Shown here: piece by piece, positions 7,590 to 15,016 of the stretch | Position numbering within the stretch: the stretch's first letter is position 1 | Layout of the letters: every line of letters starts with the position of its first letter | Assembly: GCA_020697515.1 (NCBI GenBank) | Contig: JAIXNB010000041.1 | Span: 1 to 15,894 of the forward strand | DNA: 15,894 nt | Direction of reading: 5' to 3' | From: Nanobdellota archaeon | GTDB lineage: Archaea > Nanobdellota > Nanobdellia > Nanobdellales > Nanobdellaceae | Notes under the pieces: model-generated | Databases searched by the model: none | Seen by the model: the letters and a program-made list of their open reading frames with translations, nothing else | What the model was told of the DNA's origin: nothing | Translations under genes and position numbers: made by a program

Positions 7590-8747
7590 ATGATAATTAA
7601 GACAAAAGTTGTAGATATTACCGAAGCCTTTGAAAACACTGAAAGTAAACTAATCTCAAGAGCTTTAAAAAGCGAAAAAAGAATATTTGGTATAAAATTA
7701 GACAAGTTTAGAGGCCTACTTGGTTTTGAACTTCAGCCAGGAAGGAGAATAGGAACTGAATTAGCCGATCTTGTCAAAAGATTTGGGATAAAAGGAATTT
7801 TACATTCGGATGAACTCCCAAATTATGGTATATCAGAACAAGAAGTTAAAAAAGTCAAAAATATTCTAAAATGCAAAGAGGACGATGCATTTATCTTAGT
7901 TATCTCGGAGAATTATGAGAAAGCTAAATTTATATTTGAGCGAATAATTGAGAGACTCAATGAATTAATAAATAAAATACCAAAAGATACAAGACAAGCT
8001 AGCAAGGATGGTACAACCTCTTTTTTAAGACCGCAACCTGGTTCTGCAAGAATGTATCCTGAGACAGATCATCCACTAATCTATATTGAAAGAAAGGAAA
8101 GGGATAAAGACTGGTATAAAGAGATAGTCTACAAGGTTTCCTATGGCAATAAAGAGTTTCACATAAAGTTAGCGAGATTAATAGACAAATCCATTCATAA
8201 ATATGAAGAACTAAAAAATACGAAGGATCTATTCATTTTAGATAAATTGGATCCAAGATTTAGAAAACTAGTACTCAAGAGTAGAGGATTTAATGATAAG
8301 CAAGTGGAGGATATACTTTGGTCGGAGTATATAGATCTTATTGAGGATTACTCTAAGGAAGTTAAGCCATCTATTTTATACTATATTGTTTTTATGCTTC
8401 CAGCGGAGTTTAAGAAAGAGTATAAGGAGGCTGTATCCATTGATAAAAAATTTGTTGAGGAAGTTTGCCAACTCTTAAAAGAGGACAAAATTACGAGGGA
8501 TGCCTTAAAACCAATATTATATTATTATGTAAGAGAGCAGATAGGTGTTAAAGAAATAGTGGAAAAATATAATTTATACAAAATTTCTAATAGTGATTTG
8601 AAGAAAAAAGTTGAAGAACTTTTGGAAAAATATAAAGAATTAAATGAAAAGAAAAGAATAAATAAAATATTAAATGAATTGAGAGTTATAGCAGATCCCA
8701 AGAATATATTATCGATAATAAATAATATAAAAAATAAAGGGGTATAA
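7590..8747 (+). CDS. gatE: Glu-tRNA(Gln) amidotransferase subunit E, C-terminal fragment encoded as a separate gene (insertion domain to tail)
   Basis: 385 aa. It starts with the GatE-specific AspRS/GAD-like insertion (GRRIGTELADL, GILHSDELPNYGISEQEV), continues through PGSARMYPETDHP, and ends in a GatB/YqeY-like tail (INKILNELRVIADPKNIL). The N-terminal ~240 aa of full-length GatE is missing from this locus. Confidence 0.8.
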   Translation: MIIKTKVVDITEAFENTESKLISRALKSEKRIFGIKLDKFRGLLGFELQPGRRIGTELADLVKRFGIKGILHSDELPNYGISEQEVKKVKNILKCKEDDAFILVISENYEKAKFIFERIIERLNELINKIPKDTRQASKDGTTSFLRPQPGSARMYPETDHPLIYIERKERDKDWYKEIVYKVSYGNKEFHIKLARLIDKSIHKYEELKNTKDLFILDKLDPRFRKLVLKSRGFNDKQVEDILWSEYIDLIEDYSKEVKPSILYYIVFMLPAEFKKEYKEAVSIDKKFVEEVCQLLKEDKITRDALKPILYYYVREQIGVKEIVEKYNLYKISNSDLKKKVEELLEKYKELNEKKRINKILNELRVIADPKNILSIINNIKNKGV

Positions 8748-8752
8748 TAAAA

Positions 8753-9154
8753 ATGAATGATTGTATTTTTTGTAAGATAATAAGGAAGGAAGTACCAGCA
8801 TATATAGTATATGAGGATGAGCATTCAGTAGCTTTTCTAGACATAAACCCTATCTCTCTGGGTCATATATTGGTTGTCCCAAAAAAACACTATGAACGTA
8901 TAACAGATATGCCAGAAGACTATTTAAAGGAATTTATGGCAAGTGTTCAAAAGGTTGCTAAGATAATAGAAACCAAGCTATCAAGAGATTATAACATCGT
9001 TGTAAATCACGGGTCAAAAGCAGGACAGATTATAAATCATGTACATTTTCATATTATACCACGATACGGGCAAGAGCAGTTATTTATATGGACAACTCAC
9101 AAGCTAACTGAAGAGGAAGCAGAAAAGATATTAGATACATTAAAGGGAGTATAA
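8753..9154 (+). CDS. HIT (histidine triad) family nucleotide hydrolase/transferase
   Basis: 133 aa. CIFCKII...VYEDEHSVAFLDINPISLGHILVVPKKH and the histidine triad HVHFHIIPR are present. Confidence 0.9.
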   Translation: MNDCIFCKIIRKEVPAYIVYEDEHSVAFLDINPISLGHILVVPKKHYERITDMPEDYLKEFMASVQKVAKIIETKLSRDYNIVVNHGSKAGQIINHVHFHIIPRYGQEQLFIWTTHKLTEEEAEKILDTLKGV

Positions 9155-9157
9155 GGC

Positions 9158-9418
9158 TTAGCTATATCTAGACGCGTTCTCAATTTTTTCTTTTACATCT
9201 TTTAGCTTTGATTTTATATTGACCCAGCAATCAAAGCAAATTGCATAACGTTTAAATCTTCTTATATAAAGGTTTCCAAGAGTGAGGCGTATATATCTTT
9301 TCCCTTTCTTTATACACCCTCCACAGATAGTACAGCGTCTTTCCCTTTTAGAGGCTCTTATAGATATTTCTCTTATAAGTCCACCTTTTTGGTATCTCAA
9401 TGTATACATCTTATCCAT
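9158..9418 (-). CDS. Small basic Zn-ribbon protein (CxxC...CxxC), unknown function; start moved downstream of the track start
   Basis: The track ORF is 9158..9472 (104 aa). Its first ~18 codons coincide with a C/D box sRNA and a TATA-like box (9443..9436). In-frame ATGs at 9418 and 9409 give an 86- or 83-aa K/R-rich protein: MDKMYTLRYQKGG...RRCTICGGCIKKGKRY...AICFDCWVNIK. Confidence 0.5.
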   Translation of the reverse strand: MDKMYTLRYQKGGLIREISIRASKRERRCTICGGCIKKGKRYIRLTLGNLYIRRFKRYAICFDCWVNIKSKLKDVKEKIENASRYS

Positions 9419-9435
9419 TTTTGTATAACAATAAT

Positions 9436-9443
9436 TATATAAA
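9436..9443 (-). promoter_or_regulatory. TATA-like box (tttatata) for the Zn-ribbon gene
   Basis: It lies between sRNA box D (9453..9450) and the in-frame ATGs at 9418 and 9409, 18-34 nt upstream of them. Confidence 0.4.
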
Positions 9444-9446
9444 TTG

Positions 9447-9503
9447 TTCTCAGACGAGGTGAAGTTCTTCATTACTCTGTAGCGTAATGCATCATCATTG
9501 ATT
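9447..9503 (-). ncRNA. C/D box sRNA (2'-O-methylation guide), two 12-nt guides
   Basis: Minus strand reads aauca-AUGAUGA-ugcauuacgcua-CAGA-gua-AUGAAGA-acuucaccucgu-CUGA-gaac. Box C is 9498..9492, D' 9479..9476, C' 9472..9466, D 9453..9450. Both spacers are exactly 12 nt and the D'-C' loop is 3 nt. RNA ends are approximate. Confidence 0.7.
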
Positions 9504-9533
9504 AAAAAATATTATTTAAAATATATATTTTTA
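9504..9533 (-). promoter_or_regulatory. A/T-rich TATA-like region upstream of the C/D sRNA
   Basis: Minus strand reads taaaaatatatattttaaataatatttttt immediately 5' of box C. It contains tttaaata and aaatatata candidates 15-30 nt upstream. The T6 run could instead be the prf1 terminator. Confidence 0.35.
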
Positions 9534-9666
9534 TGGGCCGTTTTTTCTCAATTTGAAGAAATAAATAATTAGAGTATACCTCCTAGAACTTTTTGTATTA
9601 TCTAGATTGCTCTTGATAATCCTGTTTATTTAGACATAATAAAGAATTAGAGACTAACAACAACAC

Positions 9667-10752
9667 TTAATATAATCTAAATCTTAGTATCGCACCTATC
9701 TTGAAGTTTGAGAACTGCTCTCCTTCCGGATGATCTTTAGAGATTAATTCTACTTCTGCTGCACTTTGTTTTGCCAATTCCAGTATTTCCCTGATTCTAT
9801 TTCTATAATCTTCGGATACTAATACTACTTCCGCAGCACCCATCTCTAAAGCTTTCTTTACATCACCCCATCCATATACGACTAAACCAGATCCTCTACC
9901 TAAGTGCTCAAAAAATCTTTTAATTAATTCTATTTCTCTTATATATTGGGTTTTTTGTAGGATATCTTTGGCTTTTTCCACAAGTTCCTTCAATCCGAAC
10001 TCATTAGAGTATCCTGTATCATACACGCCAAGTATTTTTTGTTTTAGATAGTAGGGAAGGTAATCTTCCTTCACAAATCTTTCTTTCAATGGACCGGGCC
10101 CTCCAACCAATATCCCAACCAATTTATCTTTATATTTCTCAAAATGCTGCCTAGCTTTATTGGATATATACTTTAGCCATTCATGAACATCTTGCTCAAT
10201 TAGTCTCTGGAACCTGACTGAAGATTGACCTCCTGCTCTAATTTTTCCGGGCACCCATGATTCTCTATTCTCAAAAACAATAATTCTATTTCCTTTGAGC
10301 AATCCTATTGAAGCCTCTCCTCTGTCCAAAACAATTAATCCATAAACCTGTTTCGGTTCTAGCATTTGCTTTAGAGGATCAACAATAAATTTTGAGTCAC
10401 ATCTATATAGACGTATATTTAATGGTTCTGGGGGTTCCACTGCCCAAAGTTTTATATCAGTTTTCCCTGGTTCCTCTGAAACATTACCACAAAATATTAC
10501 TAAACCGTTTTTTGGGATCTTCTTGAAGTGCTTTAAATAGTTTATTATTTTAGCCAATGCATCCATCACATTCTGTCTTGTCGTTTTATCCTTGATATTC
10601 TGTGCCGTCGAGTATTCATAGCTAAGATGCTCTAATAACCGAGAAAGATCATACTCCCCTGGAATGTAATAAGATATTAATTCTGTACCTCTTCCTTCAA
10701 TTTTTTCAAGTTCCTCTATTAGCATTTGAAGTTCGAGCAATTTTGGGTCCAT
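9667..10752 (-). CDS. prf1: Peptide chain release factor aRF1
   Basis: 361 aa. TAQNIKDKTTRQNV (NIKS-type motif, here NIKD), LYRCDSKF (YxCxxxF), KIRAGGQSSVRFQRL (GGQ) and C-terminal GAILRFRLY are present. It is shorter than the ~410 aa I recall as typical. Confidence 0.95.
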   Translation of the reverse strand: MDPKLLELQMLIEELEKIEGRGTELISYYIPGEYDLSRLLEHLSYEYSTAQNIKDKTTRQNVMDALAKIINYLKHFKKIPKNGLVIFCGNVSEEPGKTDIKLWAVEPPEPLNIRLYRCDSKFIVDPLKQMLEPKQVYGLIVLDRGEASIGLLKGNRIIVFENRESWVPGKIRAGGQSSVRFQRLIEQDVHEWLKYISNKARQHFEKYKDKLVGILVGGPGPLKERFVKEDYLPYYLKQKILGVYDTGYSNEFGLKELVEKAKDILQKTQYIREIELIKRFFEHLGRGSGLVVYGWGDVKKALEMGAAEVVLVSEDYRNRIREILELAKQSAAEVELISKDHPEGEQFSNFKIGAILRFRLY

Positions 10753-10824
10753 AAGTCTAATTTTAATATAAAAATTCTTAAAATAGCAGATATTTAAACT
10801 ATATCAAACAAATAAACTAAAAAA

Positions 10825-13101
10825 CTAATGAGGAAACAAACTTTCTAATTCTTTGAATTTCGTTTCTATTATAGATTTCTTATTTTCTTTCTTTCCAAAT
10901 ATTATACTATAAATTTCTTCTGTTGTAAAAGGAAATGCCGGGTGTAAATATGCTAAGATGATTCTTAATGTAGCCAGTAATGTCCATTTTGCCGCTAAAT
11001 CCCCTTGTTTGACTCTCATCTTATTTTTTTCTAAATAACTATTTGCAAACTCCCCCCAAACAAATTTTCTCCACAGTTTTATATACTCCTGGAATTTATA
11101 CTCCCCGACCAAACTATGGGATTTTGCAATCAACTTCTCTAATCTTTTTAGGAACTCCACATCCTCTTTACTCAATCCCGGCTTGTTTTTTATATCGACA
11201 TTTTTACAATTCATCCAGATGTATCTAGACAAGTTCCATAATTTTATCAAGAATGCTTGACCTGTTTCTATGTCTTTCCATGCAAACCTATAATCGTCTC
11301 CATGAGATGAAAACAAAGCCCAATACCTAAGGGCATCCGCAGAGTATTTATCTATTATATCATTAGGATCTACTGCATTTCCAAGAGACTTTGACATTTT
11401 TCTTCCATCTTCGGCAAGAACCATTCCATTGATTAATACCTCTTTCCATGGTTTTTTACCTGTAAGCAAATAAACCCTAACGAGTGTATCAAATAACCAC
11501 GTTCTTATTATTTCGTATCCTTGTGGTCTCAAATCAACAGGAACATACTCTTTTATTTTATTAAATAACCGAGGAAGATCTTTTGGGTCAATATCTTTCT
11601 CTTCTATTAAAGCATATAGAATTATCGCTAGAGGTGTTATAGAGGATTCTACCCACACATCTACTACTTCGCTAAACGGTTCAATATCTCCGTATATTCT
11701 TTTATATTTTTCTAACTTCTCTTTATCAGTTCTAGGATCAAATGGAAGATCTTCTAAATCAACAGAGATTATTTTACTATCCTTTGTTTTTAAGAATGGA
11801 AAAGCTAAACCCCATATTCTGTTTCTAGAGATAACCCAATCCCAACTTAATGAGTTTATCCAATTTATTAATCTCTGCCTCATCCACTCTGGATAGAACT
11901 TTATATCCTTTTGTATTTCTAATAGTTTGTCTTTCAGATCAAGTATTCTTATAAAGAACTGTTCTTTTGGGATTAATTCTATAGGATGTTTACACTCGGA
12001 TCTTTCAGCATGTACCAATACATTATGTTCTATTTCTTCAGATTTGTACAAATATCCTTTTTCTTTTAGGATTTCTACAATTTTTTTCCTAGCATCCTCT
12101 ACTTTCAAACCATTTATCTCCTTTAAAGAATTTATTATTCTACCTTCGGTGTCAATACACTGATAAACCGGTAAATCATACTTCTTTTGCCATTTTATAT
12201 CCATTTCATCTCCATAAGTACATACCCATACAATTCCTGTACCAAATTCATATTCTACTTCTGGATCTCTTTTTATCCTCACTTCTCTATTGATTAGTGG
12301 AATCTCTACTATTTTCTCCTCTAGCTCATTAGCATCATACTCCCTAATTATCTCCAGTCCTTCTTTTTCAGCGTATACTTTTGAGACAATTAATCCTTCC
12401 TTAGTTTCAACATAAATCCCATCTCCAATTAAAACTACAACACAAGCGGAAATCATCTCAGGACGGGTAGTTGCTATAAGAATAGATTTGTTTTCTTCCT
12501 TTATAGGAAGTTTAATATACGCAAAAATATCTTTTCTTTTTATATATCCAGATTCTTCTGCAGATATTGCAGTCTTGCAGTTAGGGCACCATAGGATGGG
12601 ATGTTCTTCTCTATATATTAGATTTTCTTCGAACATTCTTATTAGAGTATACTGCACGAAGGCTTTGTATTTTCTATCCATCGTTTTATATTCTTTAGAC
12701 CAATCAGGAACAAACCCCAACTTTTTGAATGTATTTTTCATAGATTCTATTGAGTTTTCTGTCCATTCCCTACATGCTTTTAAAAATCTCTCAACATCTG
12801 TTTTCGGTATTTTTAACCTATTTTCAACCTTTAATTCTGTTGGTAATCCGTGGCAGTCCCATCCTTGGGGCAAATAAACATTATACCCTTCTATCCTCTT
12901 AAATCTAGCTATGAAATCCATCCATACCCACCCAAGTGCATGACCCATATGGGCATCCCCAGACGTGAATGGTGGAGGACTATCTATTATGTAGACATTT
13001 CCTTTTTTGTTAATATCAAACTTAAACAACCTCTGTAGGTCTTTGTTCCATAGCTTTGTCCATTTCTCTTCAATTTTCTTAAAATTCGGTCTTTTATCCA
13101 T
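10825..13101 (-). CDS. valS: Valyl-tRNA synthetase (archaeal type, compact)
   Basis: PPPFTSGDAHMGHALG (HIGH), GWDCHGLPTE, TTRPEM, GTGIVWVCTYGDEMD (editing domain) and KMSKSLGNAVDP are present. The track starts at TTG 13122. I prefer ATG 13101 (MDKRPNFKKIEEKW), giving 758 aa. IleRS is less likely on length and motif grounds. Confidence 0.9.
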   Translation of the reverse strand: MDKRPNFKKIEEKWTKLWNKDLQRLFKFDINKKGNVYIIDSPPPFTSGDAHMGHALGWVWMDFIARFKRIEGYNVYLPQGWDCHGLPTELKVENRLKIPKTDVERFLKACREWTENSIESMKNTFKKLGFVPDWSKEYKTMDRKYKAFVQYTLIRMFEENLIYREEHPILWCPNCKTAISAEESGYIKRKDIFAYIKLPIKEENKSILIATTRPEMISACVVVLIGDGIYVETKEGLIVSKVYAEKEGLEIIREYDANELEEKIVEIPLINREVRIKRDPEVEYEFGTGIVWVCTYGDEMDIKWQKKYDLPVYQCIDTEGRIINSLKEINGLKVEDARKKIVEILKEKGYLYKSEEIEHNVLVHAERSECKHPIELIPKEQFFIRILDLKDKLLEIQKDIKFYPEWMRQRLINWINSLSWDWVISRNRIWGLAFPFLKTKDSKIISVDLEDLPFDPRTDKEKLEKYKRIYGDIEPFSEVVDVWVESSITPLAIILYALIEEKDIDPKDLPRLFNKIKEYVPVDLRPQGYEIIRTWLFDTLVRVYLLTGKKPWKEVLINGMVLAEDGRKMSKSLGNAVDPNDIIDKYSADALRYWALFSSHGDDYRFAWKDIETGQAFLIKLWNLSRYIWMNCKNVDIKNKPGLSKEDVEFLKRLEKLIAKSHSLVGEYKFQEYIKLWRKFVWGEFANSYLEKNKMRVKQGDLAAKWTLLATLRIILAYLHPAFPFTTEEIYSIIFGKKENKKSIIETKFKELESLFPH

Positions 13102-13139
13102 TTTTAAAATTATAAAAAACAAAAATATAACTTTTATCT
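13102..13139. promoter_or_regulatory. 38-bp divergent promoter region between valS and the surface-protein gene
   Basis: The sequence ttttaaaattataaaaaacaaaaatataacttttatct holds A/T boxes about 21-26 nt from each ATG on the respective strand (aaattataaaaa for plus, ttatattt for minus). There is no room for 5' UTRs. Confidence 0.45.
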
Positions 13140-14348
13140 ATGTGTAAGGCGGCTCTAGTGATTATGTTATTGCTTCTATTAACACCAATCTCCTCTGAAC
13201 AAAAAATAGTATGTGAAGTCTCAAAATATAGGAAAGATGGGTGTATTATAGGCATATATGATGATAATCTAAGGAATACTCACGCTTCTATTTGTAATCA
13301 ACCATCTAGCTTTTATTATATGTGTTACATAAATACAAATAAATATATCATCCCAATAAATGTAACAACTCGGTGTTCTCCTGAAAATAAAATATTATTT
13401 TATCTGTATAACGAAGTGAATTCACATATCAGTATAATTCCTACAACAATACCAGTTTGTTTAGATAAAAGGTTCTCAAAAGTTATCGATGTTATCAATA
13501 ATTACTCAAAACATAGAATACCTAGAGATAGCATTCCTATTTTGGGGTTATATCACCATACCAACACCCATATACAAGGAAAAAATGGAAGATATACTAT
13601 ATTTTTACACCTCATCGATAGACATTCCCCAGAAATATATACGAGTATACCTAATAACAGTTATATTCAACTACCCACAATATTAAAAATAGAATATAAA
13701 GATGATAATTGTCTATACCTTTGTGGATACAGGATTTTGGAGATAGACTATCGGGAAGAGTGGTATTGTTATAAAAATAGTACTAAAAGTGTTGTATTAT
13801 CTAAAGATTTGTGTAAAAATGAGTGTACTCTGGAAATTTATGCAGTAGATTTAGTAGGTAATATAAATGAAAAGGTATATAGGTATTATGTTAGCAATCC
13901 CAAGATAACTTTAGAGATGTACCCGCATATAGGAACTTTTGTATCAATTGATGTATCTTCTCTTCATACATATATACTAAGGATTATTAATACTGGGACA
14001 TCGGATTTGAAGGATGTTTATCTATGGAGAGAAGGCTGTGAAGAGTATGTGGAGGTAACTGTAAATGGAAATAGAGAGATAACATTTCCAGTTAGTTTGG
14101 GGAACTTAAATATTGGTGATAAGATTGCTTTTAAAATAACTATATCCCCGTTGAGAATAGGAAGATGTACTTTAAAGATAATTGCGAATGCAACAGATAC
14201 AAAGCTTGGATCACCTGTAAAAGACACTATAGAGGTTAACTTAGAGATATTTAATACAGTAGGACCACTTAATATAATGGTGGTAGACGATCCGGCCAAA
14301 ATACCAATATTAATATTGATTACTACCTTGATAATATTGCTATACTAA
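13140..14348 (+). CDS. Cys-rich secreted surface protein with N-terminal signal peptide and C-terminal TM anchor; CARDB/DUF11-like beta-sandwich in the C-terminal half
   Basis: 402 aa. Signal-like MCKAALVIMLLLLLTPISS, 14 Cys, 5 N-x-S/T sequons (NVT, NYS, NNS, NST, NAT) and a C-terminal hydrophobic IPILILITTLIILLY. The segment YILRIINTGTSDLKDVYLW...KIAFKITISPLRIGRCTLKIIANAT resembles CARDB-type repeats. No specific family recognised. Confidence 0.75.
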   Translation: MCKAALVIMLLLLLTPISSEQKIVCEVSKYRKDGCIIGIYDDNLRNTHASICNQPSSFYYMCYINTNKYIIPINVTTRCSPENKILFYLYNEVNSHISIIPTTIPVCLDKRFSKVIDVINNYSKHRIPRDSIPILGLYHHTNTHIQGKNGRYTIFLHLIDRHSPEIYTSIPNNSYIQLPTILKIEYKDDNCLYLCGYRILEIDYREEWYCYKNSTKSVVLSKDLCKNECTLEIYAVDLVGNINEKVYRYYVSNPKITLEMYPHIGTFVSIDVSSLHTYILRIINTGTSDLKDVYLWREGCEEYVEVTVNGNREITFPVSLGNLNIGDKIAFKITISPLRIGRCTLKIIANATDTKLGSPVKDTIEVNLEIFNTVGPLNIMVVDDPAKIPILILITTLIILLY

Positions 14349-14659
14349 TTCTACTCCCTAATTTAAAGAATAAACGTTATCCAATAGGAGAACTACTGCC
14401 TACTTGTCTCGTGATATAGGATGAAAGGGTCGTTAGATATATATAATGAGTTCTGATATCTGCTGCCTGTTCTGGATCTACAGTTAGTATAGTTTTTAAA
14501 CAGTTGTTAATAAAATTTTTAGAAAATTATATAGCTTACAACTGACAACCTCTCTCTTCAAGGCAGTAGAAAATCATATCAAAAACAATCCTAATGCAAT
14601 CCGCAATATACTAAAAAAAGAAGTCGAAATAAATATAGGATATTAATGGAGGAAACAAA

Positions 14660-15016
14660 GTGTTATTTATGAAATATAAACTCGTTGTATTAGTTAGGAG
14701 AGACTTGAAGATATCTTGTGGAAAACTAGCAGTTCAAGTAGCGCATGCCGCAGTAGAGTGTGTATTATCATCTAAAAATGAGATTGTTGAGCAATGGAGA
14801 AAAGAGGGGGGAAAAAAAGTAGTATTAGCTGTCAAAAACTTGGAAGAGCTACTTAAATACTATCAACTGGCAAAAAGTGAAAATCTGAATGTCTGTTTGG
14901 TAAGAGACGCTGGCCTAACTGAAATAGTGCCTGGAACTATAACTTGTATAGGGATAGGTCCCGATCTAGAAGGGAAAATAGATAAAATTACTGGGAACCT
15001 ACCATTATACAAATGA
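14660..15016 (+). CDS. pth2: Peptidyl-tRNA hydrolase, archaeal Pth2 type
   Basis: 118 aa. KLVVLVRRDLKISCGKLAVQVAHAAV and DAGLTEIVPGTITCIGIGP match Pth2. GTG 14660 has GGAGG 7 nt upstream. ATG 14669 (MKYKL...) is the alternative start. Confidence 0.92.
   Translation: MLFMKYKLVVLVRRDLKISCGKLAVQVAHAAVECVLSSKNEIVEQWRKEGGKKVVLAVKNLEELLKYYQLAKSENLNVCLVRDAGLTEIVPGTITCIGIGPDLEGKIDKITGNLPLYK

Noticed and set aside
7505-8824. Minus-strand track ORFs 7505..7705 and 8525..8824
   Set aside because: They are antisense across the SPOUT/gatE and gatE/HIT junctions. They are low-complexity I/F/L/N-rich sequences with no promoter context.
10588-10599. Idea that NIKD in aRF1 signals stop-codon reassignment
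   Set aside because: All three stop codons terminate well-supported genes in this window (TAA 9 times, TAG 5, TGA 2). The two TGA stops are in ATGA overlaps and are followed by in-frame TAG within 1 and 6 codons, so TGA is not rigorously tested. There is no positive evidence for recoding.
11043-13038. Four plus-strand track ORFs inside valS (11043..11228, 11927..12163, 12488..12877, 12850..13038)
   Set aside because: They are antisense shadows of a strongly supported 758-aa synthetase gene, even the 129-aa one, with S/F/I-rich junk composition.
13258-13264. ATGATGA on the plus strand inside the surface-protein CDS
   Set aside because: It encodes YDD. No CTGA follows at 12 nt, and no downstream C'/D pair exists.
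14411-14456. C/D-like boxes on the plus strand (GTGATAT, AGGATGA, AATGAG, CTGA)
   Set aside because: The spacing does not work. There are only 28-35 nt between the candidate C box and CTGA, there is no D' at 12 nt, and the C'-like element is 2 nt from the D box.
14500-14646. 49-codon stop-free frame as a real small gene
   Set aside because: It has no ATG, GTG or TTG in frame. By my rough estimate an open run of this length has a per-frame chance of about 2% at this composition, which is not negligible across six frames. It is retained only as a possible remnant in the gap finding.
14806-14818. G6A7 homopolymer run inside pth2 as a slippage or phase-variation site
   Set aside because: The ORF is intact and conserved motifs continue in frame on both sides. 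No alternative-frame product of any length exists.
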